64,000 bases of DNA from Podarcis muralis (taxonomy: Eukaryota), in the NCBI RefSeq assembly GCF_964188315.1, contig NC_135655.1, forward strand, positions 434,001 through 498,000, written 5' to 3'. Positions 32,983 through 45,751 of the stretch are shown piece by piece. Below the pieces are notes generated by a model. It saw only the letters and a list, made by a program, of their open reading frames with translations. It had not been told where the DNA came from and did no database searches. Every line of letters begins with the position of its first letter. Within the stretch, counting starts at the first letter, position 1. The translations under genes and the position numbers were made by a program.

Positions 32983-33352
32983 GTTGTTGTTTAGTCGTTT
33001 AGTCGTGTCCGACTTTTCGTGACCCCCTGGACCAGAGCACGCCAGGCCCTCCTGTCTTCCACTGTCCCCCGCAGTTTGGTCAGACTCATGTTTGTAGCTT
33101 CGAGAACACTGTCCCACCATCTCATCCTCTGTCGTCCCCTTCTCCTTGTGCCCTCCATCTTTCCCAACATCAGGGTCTTTTCCAGGGAGTCTTCTCTTCT
33201 CATGAGGTGGCCAAAGTATTGGAGCCTCAGCTTCAGGATCTGTTCTTCCAGTGAGCACTCAGGGCTGATTTCCTTCAGAATGGATAGGTTGGATCTTCTT
33301 GCAGTCCATGGGACTCTCAAGAGTCTCCTCCAGCACCAGAATTCAAAAGCAT
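32983..33352 (-). mobile_element. BovB (RTE-clade) LINE 3' fragment, next to a (GT)n run at ~32942-32976
   Basis: AFEFWCWRRLLRVPWTARRSNLSILKEISPECSLE...YFGHLMRREDSLEKTLMLGK...RRRGRQRMRW...GVTKSRTRLND*, followed by an (AAC)n tail. Confidence 0.93.
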
Positions 33353-33822
33353 GTTGGGGTGTTACGAGGGAGCTTTCAATATATGGTGTGGGTGTCCTCT
33401 TTGGCAAGCCCACAACTACGAGAGTCTAATGGAAAGGACCCTCTTTCCCAACAGAGCATGTAGGACGCAGTGTGGGTGAACATCCACCCACCCACTGCCC
33501 CAAGGTTATGGGGTGGGGCCTTGCTGTGCCCCCTTCGGCTCCATCACCATCTCATAGGCCTCAACGCCTCCCTCCCGCCACTGTGTCACATGACAGGACT
33601 TCAGGAACTGCTTACAGGTACTTTTTATGTCAAGTAAAATACACCAAATTGTTCAGCTGCGTTGTAAAAGTAGAAGCATCCAGAAACGCCACAATTCTTT
33701 ATGGACAAGCAACGGCGGCTGCAGCGGGAGTGTGTTGCTGTAGCTCTAGGCTACCTACGCAATAAAAGTGCTAAATTTACGTGGGGAGTTTTGGGTGCAG
33801 CCCCCGGGGAGAGGGAAGGGGG

Positions 33823-36800
33823 TCACTGGGTGGCCACCAGAGGCCTGGGGGGCCCCACCTGCAGCACGGCCTTCTGGCTCCGCTCGGCAGACATGTGCTC
33901 CAGCCGCTCCGTGTAGAAGCCGTTGAAGTCCAACCTGGGGGCGGAGAGACGAGAGGGAGAGGAGGGTGGAAGCAGCACAGGAGCGTGACCAGGAAGTCCC
34001 TCTGCCAGAGCAGGCTCTGCAGAGTCCAACCACCTCCTTCCTGCCATGGCCAAGCAGGCGCCATTCCCTGCACAGCCGCCCTGATGCTGGGAGGAGGACA
34101 GAGGCTCCACACGAGCCCCAGGCTCCCTCCAGCTGCCCAAGAGATGCTGCTCCCTGCTCACCTGTAAATGATGTTGATCATGCTGTGCTCGCAGTCGTTG
34201 GTGCTGTAGATGCTCAGTTTGTCCAGCAGGTCCAGGAGGTGGGCTGAGAAATTGCTGTCAAACTTGTTGATTGTGGCCTCGAAGCCAGAGGTGACGTGCA
34301 TGGTATCGGCCTGCTCTGCTGACAGCTGCAGAGGTGGGGGGGGGGGGGGAGAGAGAGAGAGAGAGTTAAGGCTCACAAGGGAGAAGGGAGGGTAGGCAAG
34401 GAAGCGGCCCTGGCCTTGCTGCCATGGTTCATCCTGGGGCAGGATTTTCTGGAGAGCACAAGGACTTGGGAAGGAGCCAGATAGTGCTCAGCACCACGAG
34501 AGAAGGGCTCTGCCCACACCTGAGGTGCTTTCCTGAGCGAAGGGCTGGGATCTGCAAATGAAGAGGCACCTCCACCCTCCCCTGCACCCCTACCTTGTTC
34601 GCCAGCTGCTTCCGGGAGGATTCCTCTGTGCGCTCCTGCTCGGTGGGGGGGCCCCTCATGGTCCCGTGCTCCACCGTCAGGCGTCCCAGCTCATTGTCCA
34701 GCTTTATGCTGTGGGATAATCTCTGGTGGGTGGGACAAAGGCAGGCATGAGCCCAGAGCACGCTGGCGCACCCAGGGGGTGCCCCTCGCTCCCCGTGGCA
34801 CAGAGGGACGCAAGAGGGAGCCCACCTGCATGCAGTTGGTGAACATGACGCAGACAGACATCATCTTGGAGAAGATCTTCAGCAGCTCTGGGTTGGTCAG
34901 CATGCAGTCCTTCAAGCAGTTGTCCAGGAAGCTGGTGTGGTGGCTCAAGACATCATCAATATTGGAAGCCTGCCCAGAGGAGACAGCCGCCCATCAGAAA
35001 CGCCCAGGGAATCGGAAGCAGCCATGGCCAGAAATAGTTCTCTGTTCTTTTGCTACAATCAACATGCAGAGCTAGCAATGACAAAGCCTTATTTTCAGGG
35101 GCTGAGGCAGGTGGCAAAGGGAGCGCACTAGAAGCCAAAATGTAGCCAAGGGGGTTTCTGGGCCAGTGGCCTCCTGTCAGCAGCTACTTTAGGCTCTCTG
35201 GCACAGCAGAAAGCTCCTTACCAGCCAGAACCTTGCTTTCCCAAAAGAGCCTGACACCCTTCCAACTCACAAATGAAGCCCCTGTTTTAGCGGAAAAGAA
35301 GAAAGCCCCTTGGGAACAGAGGCCCCACCCAGCCCCACAATTGGGGGGGGCGAAAGGAGGACTTGGGGGCCTGGTGTGGCCCACAGAGGCTCTGAGAGCC
35401 ACTGGCCCAAAACTGACCGACTTCAGGTTCTTCTCCAGGATGTGCCAAGTTGGCTCCATCACTTCAAACATCATGTAGTACTGGATATTCTGCACAAAGT
35501 TGAGCATCCGTTGGCGGAGAGTGAAGGCGCCAGCAAACCTGGGAACAAGAGAGGGAGGAGCCTGGAGGGGTAGATGGGAGGAGATCCCAGGATGCTGCCC
35601 AGAAGCCCAGGAAGGAGCCCAAACCAGTGCCAGGCAGGAGGAGCCCTGCAATTGGGGGGGGGGGGGAGAGGAGAGGAAGGCAGCAAGGAGAAGAGACACA
35701 CACCCCCCCGCAGCAGTTCTGACTACCAAGGTCTTTGCCCCATGAGCGGCTTCTGAAGCCTCAGTGCCCCCTTCCAGAATCTGAAGGGGGAGCTCCCAGG
35801 GCCAGAGGACTTGCAGGGAGAGACCCTCTTGCTGCCAGGGGACCCAGCAGCCCAATGCCCTCCCGTTGGCCTCGTCCATCCAAGAGGGTGTTCATTCTGC
35901 AGAAAGCAGGAAGGCCCAGGAAGCGGCCACAGCTCAGTGGGCTGAGCACCCACGGCACATGTGGAGGGGCCAGGCTCCGCTCTAGGCCTCCGCCTTCAGA
36001 GACTCTGCTGGCGACTGGGCCTGCTTGGCTCTGGGAGAGCTCACCATTTGGAGGAGTGCAGGGAGCACTGCTTGGCCGTCTTGCTGCTGATCCAGACGTT
36101 GCACAGCTGGCGCTCCACATGTTTGCAATAGAACATGTGCCGGAAGAGCATCTGGTAGCGCGTCAAGGCCTTCCTAGGAGACGGAGAGAGGCGTGGAGGA
36201 GCTGCTGCTTGGCCAGGGCCCGGAGGGGCCAAGGCAGGTTGCCTCAGGGCCAGGGGCCAGCAAGCCCTCTTTCCTCCAGAGGCACCGAGGAGGCCTTCCC
36301 AGCACCTCCTTCCCCTCCAGAGTTATGATGCATTGACTGAGGCACATGCACGGAGGAAGGAGGATCAGGATCAGGCCAATGGCTGGCTGTGCTCTGCCCC
36401 CTCTGGATGGAAAGGATGAGCCACCATCAGCTGAGCTGCTCTGCCTTACCTGTTGATGATCAGCGAGAGGGGCCACTTCACGATGTAATCAAAGGAAAAG
36501 GCTTCCAGGCCGCTGAGCGAGAGCTCCGTGGGGTCTGCGTGGATGATGGCCTTCTCCTGCTTGGTTTCGATGGCCAGGACTCTCAGGAGCTGCGTGATGA
36601 GATCGTGGGGCATCAAGTCAACCTGGAAGAGGGGAAAGGGCCGCCAGAGGAAGGAGGCCAGTCAGACACTCAAACTGCCAAACAGAGCATGTGACCAGAC
36701 TGTCAACAAACAAATGATAGCAAATATTTGAATTTTCATTCACTGACAGTCCGTGAGGCCAAAGTCAAACCCTGAACCAGCAGAAACGCTCATAGTAGTC

Positions 36801-37166
36801 TTAAACAACCTGGAATAATTAAGTATAAATAGATTTATAGAGTATTACAGGAAAAATAAGGTTAAAATGTGTTAAGATAATTATAGGATAGAAAACAGGG
36901 GAAGATGGAAAGGAATTGCTGAAATAATTAATAGATGTGGAATACAAAAAGGGAGGTGTGAGGAGGTCGTGGAAATATGTGAAAGAAAGAAAGATAAGAT
37001 ATTGAAAAAAATTTCTTTTTTTCTTTGATGTGTTTTTAAACTGTTTTTGTTTTGTCTTGTTAGTTTAATGTTTTAGTGTTTCTTTGTATTGTAATGTATT
37101 GTTTTTTCTGTGCTTTTTCCTTTTTGTTTAAATTGTAAAAGTAATGAACATTATAAAAAAAAACCT

Positions 37167-37213
<47 letters not shown>

Positions 37214-40200
37214 TTATTTATACCCCATCCATCTGGCTGGGTTTTCGCAGCCATTCTGGGCGGCTTTCAACAAAGTATTAAAACACATTGGTCCGTCAAA
37301 CATTAAAAGCTTCCCTAAACAGGGCTGCCTTCATATGTCTTCTAAAAGTGGGGTAGATGTTTTTCTCTTTGACATTTGGTGGGAGGGTGGGTGCCACTAC
37401 CGAGAAGACCCTCTGCCTGGTTCCCTGTAACTTGGCTTCTCACAGTGAGGGAACCACCAGAAGGCCCACAGCGCTGGACCTCAGTGTCTGGGCAGAACGA
37501 TGGGGGTGGAGACGCTCCTTCAGGTATACAGGACCAAGGCTGTTTAGGGGTTTAAAGGTCAGCACCAACACTTTGAATTGTGCTTGGAAATGTACTGGGA
37601 GCCAGTGTAGGTCTTTCAAGATCGGTGTTATATGGTCTCGGTGGCCGCTCCCAGTCACCAGTCTAGCTGCCACATTCTGGAATAGTTGTAGTTTCCGGGT
37701 CACCTTCAAAGGTAGCCCCACATACAGCGCATTGCAGTAGTCCAAGCGAGAAATAACCAGAGCATGCACCACTCTGACAAGACAGTCCGCAAGCAGATAG
37801 GATTCCAGCCTGCGTACCAGACGGAGCTAGTAGACAGCCTCCCTGGACACAGAATTGACCTGCGCCTCCATGGACAGCTGCAGGTCCAAAATGACTCCCA
37901 GGCCGCGTACCTGGTCCTTCAGGGGCACAATTACCCTGTTCAGGACCGGGGAGTCCTCCACACCTGCCCGCCTCTTGTCCCCAAAAAACAGTACTTCTGT
38001 CTTGTCAGGATTCAACCTCAATCTGTTGGCCACCATCCATCCTCCAGACACTCACACAGGACCTTCACCGCTTTCACTGGTTCTGATTTGAAAGAGAGGT
38101 AGAGCTTGAGTATCATCCACATACTGATGAACACTCAGCCCAAACCCCCTGATGATCTCTCCCAGCAGCTGCATGTAGATGTTGAAAACATTGGGGGGGG
38201 GGGAGAGGACAGAACCCTGAGGCACCCTACAAGTGAGAGCCCAGGGGTCTGAACACTCATCCCCCCCCCACTTTCTGATCACGGCCCAGGAGGAAGGAGC
38301 AGAACCACCGTATAACAGTGCCCCCAGCTCCCAGCCCCTCAAGACGGTCCAGAAGGATGTTATGGTCGATGGTGTCAAAAGCCGCTGAGAGATCCAGCAG
38401 AAGTAGGAAACAACTCTCACCTTTGTCCCTAGCTCGCCGGAGATCATCAACCAGCGTGACCAAGGCAGTTTCAGTCCCATGGTGAGGCCTGCATCCCGAC
38501 TGAAAGGGATCCAAATGGTTCACATCCTCCAGGAGTGCTTGGAGTTGTTCAGCAACCACCCGCTCAATCACCTTGCCCAAGAATGGCAGATTTGAGACTG
38601 GGCGATAGTTGGCCATATTGGCCGCGTCTAAAGATGGCTTTTTAAGAAGTGGTTTGATAACCGCCTCTTTTAGCGGGTCTAGGAAGGCTCCCTCAGAGAG
38701 AAGCATTTACCACCCTGCAAAGCCCATCGCCCAGCCCTTCCCGGCTACCTTTTATAAGCCAGGATGGGCAAGGATGAAGGAGACAGGTGGTTGGTTTCAC
38801 TCGTCCAAGCAGCCTGTCCACATCCTCAGAGGTAACAGATTGGAATTGATTCCATGCAACTTGACTAGACAGGATTCTAGCACTCTCCTGGCCTGACCCT
38901 GCTTCCACGGTGGAGTCTACCTCTTCCTGAATCTGAGCAACTTTATCTGCAAAAAGTCTTTTCTTTGGTTGGGTGGGCAAGGGCTCCACACCAAACGTCC
39001 CCCAGAGCCCTGCTAGACAAGCCAAAGCCACTCGCGGGGTTGCCCTGGCTCAATGGGGAGACACCGGCAGCAGCTCTGGGGCTCTGAGGCCTTGCCTTTG
39101 TGCTGGGCATCCTTTACCTTCAAGTCATCCTTGAAGGGGTCTGTGTTTGCTGTGCTCATCCGCAGGGCCAGCTCCAGCAGAGCCTCCAGCCGGGTGGGGA
39201 CAATGTCGTCCACCGGCTTCTTCAGCTCCTCTTCGGTGAGGTCCATGAAATGGACGTAGAAGTCCCCCTGGTCCATGAGGAAGTAGTGCTTGATGGACCT
39301 GCTCACAGAAAGGGGCCACCAGTCAACTCACTGCGGCAGGAACAGAGGAGACCGGAGGGACCCCTCACCCACCGCCTGCCTCCTCCCGCCCAGTAGAAAC
39401 AGGAAGAAGCGGACCTGGCTTTTGGAATAAGAAGTGCTGCAAGTATCTTTATGCCATCTGCAATAAAGCAGCCCCTTGCAATTCAGCCGGGAGGCAGGAA
39501 ATGGGAGGACTCTCTCTTGGAGTGGGGGTCCCATGGCCCCTGCCCCTCCACCCAGCTCCTCCTGCAGCCTCAGGGCAAGTCTATGAAAGTGCCTGCTTCC
39601 CGCCCCCTGCTGGGAAAGCCCAAGCTCCTCCACACTTTCCCCCCTTCATTTCCCAAATCAGCAGCCCCTAAAACTGCCCCAGTTGGCATGGAGAAGAAAA
39701 GCAGCCTGCAAGAGACGCCACTTGGAAGGAAGCAAACCTTAAGTGGGCCACAAGTTCTTTTTCCTCCATGAGGAAATCGAGCAGCACTTTGCTGGCGTAG
39801 TTGTAGGCTTTCTCGATCTGCTCCACATATTCCCGCTCCTTCAGTGTGTAGATGACCTCTTTGGCCAGGGGGCAAGTGACATCACGGCCACACTCCCGAA
39901 CGACATTCAAATACTTCCCTGCAGGACGGGAGGGACAAAGGGACATGAGGACGGGCTCAGCTCTTCACTAAACGCTGTTCAGACCTTGTGCACAAACAAA
40001 TGAGCACATTAACTCTCCCTTCCCTGCTGTCCCTCTCATCCTCCCAATGCATGAAACTTAAGCACAGAACCTGACATTAGTCTCTGCTGAAACTCATTTT
40101 GTTAGTTTGGGCTGACTTCTCCAATCCGTTAAGGTATTTTTGTATCCCGATTCTGTCTTCTGCAGCATTAGCTACCCCCTCCCAGTTTGGTATCCTCTGC

Positions 40201-43200
40201 AAATTTGATGAGGATCCCCTCAATTGCATCATCTGTCATCTCCCTCCTTGACGGAAGGGCAATGGAAAGAAGCCAGATAAATACAACGATTGGCTTTTGG
40301 AGCTTGAGAAAAAATCTCACAGGATACCCTCCATACGACTCGCCCAGAGGCAGAAGGGAAGAGCTGCAAAGGGAACCAGACCTCCCAGGCACTCCACAAC
40401 CGCTCCCCCCCGCCCCGCCCGGGGGCTTCTCCATCCACTGCATGACCCTCCCTCCTCCCCTCCCGCTTTCCTGTCAAGCAGGAAGTTGGCTCCTCACCTG
40501 TGCTGAGAATTTTGTCTGCAATCTTCTGGAGGAAGGAGGGGATCTGCTGCTGGACAATCGTGTACCTCTGGTCCCAGTACTTGTCATTATAGTCCTCTTG
40601 GATCTTCTCCTTCTGGAGCTCATGCTCTTCCACCATGAATTCACTGTGGAATTAAAAAGCGGTTAGGCCCATGGCAGGGAGGCGCAGAGCAGGAGGCTCC
40701 CCAGGGCTCTTCATCTAGGCAGTCCCAGGATACAGCGCCCTGCTTGGACTCCTAAACAGACCCAGAGGTTTCTCCAGCTCACATGCCAAGAGAAGGACCA
40801 CAGGTTCCTCCGCCCACCTGTAGGGATCATTGATGATGCCTCGGTAGATCCATTTCTCCAGGATTTCGAAGTAGGGGACGCTGGCAGCCTTGGTCAAGTA
40901 GAGGCAGAGCTCCTGGGCTTGGCTGTCTCCCGTGTAGTTGAACGTCTTATCGTGCAGCAGGCTGAGTGTTGACCCTCCAACACACTCCCCTTTGTCCACA
41001 GAAGTGGCTGCAACAAGAAGCAAAGGCCAAGAAGAGTCACGTCCCGCTGAAGCCAGGGTTGGTCAGGGCACAGGTGCCCATCCATGGCAGACACACCTGG
41101 ATGTTGCAGGAGCTCCCCCATCTGAAAAGGGGTCAGCAGGAGATGGCTGCTCTGGACCGTGGCCTGGGACACCGGCTTACGAGGTGAGCACCCAGAGTGG
41201 AGGCAGGGTTTCCGCAAGGCTCAATGGACCCTTGGGGTTGGTGAAGCGAAACCTGCCTCTCAGGGATCACTTGTGGCCCCCAAAGGTGCCCAAGAACCTC
41301 TGAAAAGAGGCTACTGGGAACCACTTCAGGAACAGAACCTCTGCCAGTCCCTGGTTGTCCTCAAGTGCACTTATCGCGATTGAGGTGCTCCAGCCAATCC
41401 GCTGTGCTGAATCTGAATCATGTAGAACTGTTCATTCAAAGAATGTCCCCCCACCTCACCCTATTCAGCTGATAGAAGCTTCTGCAAAATCAACAAATAG
41501 TGTACAGCTCACAGACTGCAGACACACAGAAACAGAGAGCGAGCACGCCACCATTATTCCTGCAGTCAGCAGGAGGGGCCAGGGGATTGGTTTTAATAAC
41601 TGTATTATAAGTTGGCATTGTTATAATGAGGCTATTATTGGATTGTAATTGCAAACTTCTTCTTCTTCTTAATTGAATTTATATACCACCCTATACCTGG
41701 AGGTCTCAGGGCGGTTCACAGAAGAGATCAACCTTAAAAACTGTAATATATATACAGTAATCAAAATGAAGACATCCTGACATCCCTCTGTGGCAACTTT
41801 ATAAAAATTATTACCAAAATAAGGAGGGGCCAGAGGATGCCCCCTTCTGCTCTGGGGCACCAGGGTAGGGGGGACTTGGAGGCTTCCACAGCATTGGGGG
41901 GGGGGAATGTGTGTACAAAGGAAGCTCCCCTGCAGCTCCTCTTTCTAGGGCTGAGGGATGGGGCTCCTTGTGGGAAGGAGAAGGAGTGGCATTCCCAGGG
42001 GGTCCTGGTCGTCCCTCCAGGGGCTGGGTAGGCCCAGAGGGAGCCCCTTTGACTCTGCTGCCCCCAGGAAAAGGAATGACCCAATCACTGGCCTCACCTG
42101 AGACTGACTGTGGCACGAGGGAACCCCTTTCAGCGCTGGGCTGCTGGACTCCCTTGGAAGGACCCTCCCTGCAGCAACATCCCAGCAGTGGGCAGAGCCA
42201 GAGGCCCACCTGGAGACACGGACCCAGCTCCTTCCACCGCCCCCCTTGATGAAGGAGAGCCATCTAGGCCTCTCCTGGCACTGGGGCTCCAAGGTCAAAG
42301 CCTCCCTCCGAGAGCCAGTGTGGTGTAGTGGTTAAGAGCGGTAGTCTTGTAATCTGGGGAACCGGGTTCGCTTCCCCGCTCCTCCACATGCATCTGCTGG
42401 GTGACCTTGGGCCAGACACACTTCTCTGAAGTCTCTCAGCCCCACTCACCTCACAGAGTGTTTGTTGTGGGGGAGGAAGGGAAAGGAGAATGTGAGCCGC
42501 TTTGAGACTCCTTAAAGGGAGCGAAAGGCGGGATATCAAATCCAAACTCTTCTTCTTCTTCTCCCTCCCTTGCCCCCTCCAGGGGAGCAGGAGGCAAGCA
42601 GACAGAGAAGGCGGCTGCCCAGAAAGACACCCTGCTCACTGCCCCCACCCAGAGAGACCTTGCCCCGCACTCACCCAGGGAAGCCAGGATCTCCATGGTC
42701 CTCATGGTGGGCTGGATGTAGAACCAGAGCTTCTGCAGGGAGAGCAGGCCTTGGCGCTGCAGGTGCTCCAGCTGCGTCACCAGGGTCATGTATTCCTTGA
42801 CCAGGGCCCTCATGGCGGCCGCCAGCGCGTGGTTCACCTGCCCGTACTCAAAGGAAGACTTCTCTTCCACAAACCTGTCAGGGCGCAGGACGGAGAGCTG
42901 CTGCTGGAAGCCAGCCCCAGCACCTCTGGGCCCCACCAGAAACGTGGCCCACCAATGCCGCCCCCCCCGCCCCCCCGCCCGAGATGCAAGGAAGCCTTGT
43001 TCTTGTGCAGCTCAGCATTGAGAGGAAGCAGGAAGCTCCCCAGGTTCCAGGGGCCTTTGGGGCTCTGAGCTGCTGCAGCCCCCAGGTGGGAGGAACCCCA
43101 GAGGCCCCCCACCCAGCCCTCAGCCAGAGGGATGGGACACAGGCTGTCGCTGCGTCCTCTTCGCCTCCCCCAGCTCCGTCCCTGATGAGGAACCCCAGGC

Positions 43201-45623
43201 TGCTACCTGGTGACGATGGAGTAGCTCGCTGCCACGGGGAGGATCCTGGTGACCAGCTCCTTGACCGACATATCCAGGTTGGGATCCACCAAGAAAGTGC
43301 GGCTCTCTCTGCCCACCAGTGGCTGCGCAGTGATGTACCGGCCATCCACCCCAATCAGGACGTAGAGCAAGTCTTCCACCACAGCAGATTCCTGGGCTGC
43401 CAGTGGCAAAGTCCCTGGCAGAGGAAAGCGGCAACAAATGCATCTGGGGAACCCGCCTGAGGGCCAAAAGGGCAGCTGGCCATTCTTAAAAAGAGCAGGG
43501 TCTCCCACCACCGGGAGAGGGGAGGGCATTTGACAGGTGGCTGCCTTGAAATGCTCTTTGACTTTATCCCTATTGATAATTTGTGTACCTGGACACGGTT
43601 TTGTGTGCTTATTTTTTTACGTCAAGCTGTTTGACACTGTTTTTACTGTGCCTGCTGGGCTCACGAATAAAACTCTACTCATATTCATGTGTTTTTAATC
43701 TATGGTAAGCTTGCAGTTGTTGGCAGCTATGGGAGAGGAGAAGGCTCTTGGGCTTGGATCCTGCCAATGGATTTCCCACTGGGGGCATCTGGTGGGCCCC
43801 CGTGAGGACAGGATGCTGGAATGGATAGGCCCCTTTGGCCTGATCCAGCCGCCCCACTCTTCTTGTGTTCTGGACCTTCCGCGCTGCACTGCCCAGACCC
43901 ACATTGGCAGAGCATCACCAGCTGCCCATTAAGAGAAACATCCAGCAGGCAGGGGAGGCAGAAACAGCCCCAAGCTGTGAGAGCCTCTGCTCCTCTCGTG
44001 CAAGACTCACCTATAGGCACCGTGGTGTCCAGGCTCAGGCTGGAGCTCGTGAGGAAGTCCCCGATGAGGGCCGGCCTCTCATACACCCAGGCAGGAAAGG
44101 ACGGGATGGGCTGCCCAGAGTTCTTCCTGTTCTGCTTGTCCCTGAGCGACTTCCGCACCAGCTCAAGAGACTGCCAAGGAAGAGAGCGAGTGACAGGCCA
44201 GCCCAGACACTGAACTATCAAGCAGCCAGGGCAGCAGGGTGTGTGGCAGCTGGGCTCCCACTCGCTGCCAGTTCCTGCCCCCTTTGCTCAGGGGGCAAAA
44301 GAGGCTGGCACAGTATTTGCACCCAGGGAGGCCTCTCAGGACCCACCCCTAGTCCCCTTGGCAAACCGAAGGGCAGCCCACCCGCCCAGAGCGTTGGACA
44401 AGGCAGAACTTCCTCTGAAGTAGGCACCACAGGGAGCCCAGCTAAGGGCCTCCTGCAGCTGCCCACTGAGGTCACTGGCTTCCCATCCCAGGCTTGGCGT
44501 GTGTGAGAGAGAGAGGTCCCAAAGGCTTTGGCTGCAGCAGAACCTTCCCTTCCCAAATAACAAATCAGGGGACCCGAGAGAAGAGAGGGACCTGTGGGGC
44601 GCTGGAGCTGGTTGTGACGGTGCCCAGCTGCTTCCGTAGCTCCTCCAGCTCCTGGACGGTCATTTTGGCTGTTGTTGAGGGGATGGAGAAAGTGACGCTG
44701 CTGCTGGCTCCGCCACTGCTGGCCGCTGCATTGGCTGCTAGCTCTGCCCTTTCCTTGGCATTTTGCTGCAAGTACTGGAGGGTCTGCAAAAGCCCCACAA
44801 AAAGCAGAACTCAGGAACGGCACCAAAGAGCCACAGCCCACAAGGAGAGTGGGTCTCCCAGCCGCCTCCCCAGTCTTGATATATGACAGCCGAGGTGGGC
44901 AACCTGCAGCCCTCAGGGGGCCGAATTCAAATTCAGGCCTCAGGCCAGAGCAACCTGTCTCTCTCTTGTCAGTCTGCCGGGTGGGAAGGGAGAGAGGGGA
45001 GGGGGGGTGGGCTCTGGACCCTCCAACCCTGGGCTGCAGGTCCCACCCTCTGCTTCTTCTCTTGATGGGGAACCGGTGAGCCAGCGCTGGGCTGGGCTGA
45101 GGAATGGCTGGCTGGGGCTGCTTCTGGGGGGGCCCCGCCGAGGTCTGCCCCGCCTCTCTGTCCCCCCCCCCCGCCTCTCCGCACCTCCTTGTCCTCGGTC
45201 AGCTTGGAGAGCAGCTGCACCAGCGAGTCCAGGTGCCGCGTGTTCTTCGACTTCAGCTCGTCGTACTTGGTCAGAAAGTCTTCCGGCGTCCGAGAAAACT
45301 CCGCGATCTTCACCTGCGGGGAGACGGGGGGGGGGGGTCAGCGCCCGGCGGGGGGAGTCCCTGGGGGGGGGGCCCGGGGCCACCCAGGGAGGGAGGGGGG
45401 CCGGGGGGTCCTTCCTTCCCTCTCTCCCTCCCTCCCTCCCCCCGGGGCCTCGCTCGCTCGCCTTGGCTCCGAGGGCGGCGGCGGAGGTGGCGAGGAAGGG
45501 CCCGCTCTGGCTCCTCTGCAGCAGCTCCACGTAGCCCTCGGCGCCGCCTTCCCCGCAGGAGCCCCTGGCGCGGAGGAGCCGGAGGAGCTCGTTCACGTCG
45601 TGGTGGAGCCGGAACTCGCTCAT
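33823..45623 (-). CDS. TUBGCP2: Gamma-tubulin complex component 2, 17 coding exons
   Basis: Exons: 45462-45623, 45185-45313, 44592-44783, 44011-44170, 43207-43414, 42675-42874, 40818-41007, 40498-40643, 39738-39918, 39118-39298, 36450-36622, 36045-36173, 35418-35538, 34826-34969, 34594-34722, 34162-34325, 33823-33934. Starts MSEFRLHHDVNELL (in-frame upstream ATG at 45632). Motifs YLNVVRECG, SIKHYFLMDQGDF, RQRMLNFVQNIQYY, LDFNGFY. Intron 1 is GC-AG. Confidence 0.97.
36780..37213 (+). mobile_element. AT-rich LINE-type 3' UTR relic ending in A-run and (AAT)n microsatellite (~37169-37213)
   Basis: Purine-rich then T-rich segment similar in style to 320-535, ending in an A-run and ~15 AAT units abutting the L2 tail. 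The microsatellite is certain; the LINE origin is inferred. Confidence 0.4.
37214..39012 (-). mobile_element. L2-clade LINE, 5'-truncated (~1.8 kb), TUBGCP2 intron 10, sense, frameshifted
   Basis: [80 protein letters not shown] split over several frames. Confidence 0.93.
40050..40240 (-). mobile_element. CR1 LINE RT fragment, TUBGCP2 intron 8
   Basis: DDAIEGILIKFAEDTKLGG, a decayed CR1 KFADDTKLGG motif. Confidence 0.75.
42313..42558 (+). mobile_element. tRNA-derived SINE with L2-type tail and (TTC)n end
   Basis: A box TGGTGTAGTGGTTAAGAG, B-box-like GGTTCGCTTCCC, core ctgggtgaccttgggc, tail gtgagccgctttgagactcc...gcgggatat and cttcttctt. Confidence 0.8.
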
Positions 45624-45751
45624 GGCCGCCATGGACCGGGAGGCGTCTCCCCGGCAACGGGGCCCCGGAAGCGCCGCGGCGGGAGAGGAAGCGGAAGCGG
45701 AAGAGAGAGAGAGACCCGCCTCTTCCGGCAGCGGGCGAGGAAAGCGGGAGG
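45624..45751. promoter_or_regulatory. CpG-island bidirectional promoter shared by TUBGCP2 and ZNF511
   Basis: Divergent ATGs 128 nt apart. X-box-like GTCTCCCCGGCAAC at 45645-45658, CCGGAAGC at 45665-45672 and tandem GGAAGCGGAAGCGGAAG at 45687-45703. Confidence 0.8.
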
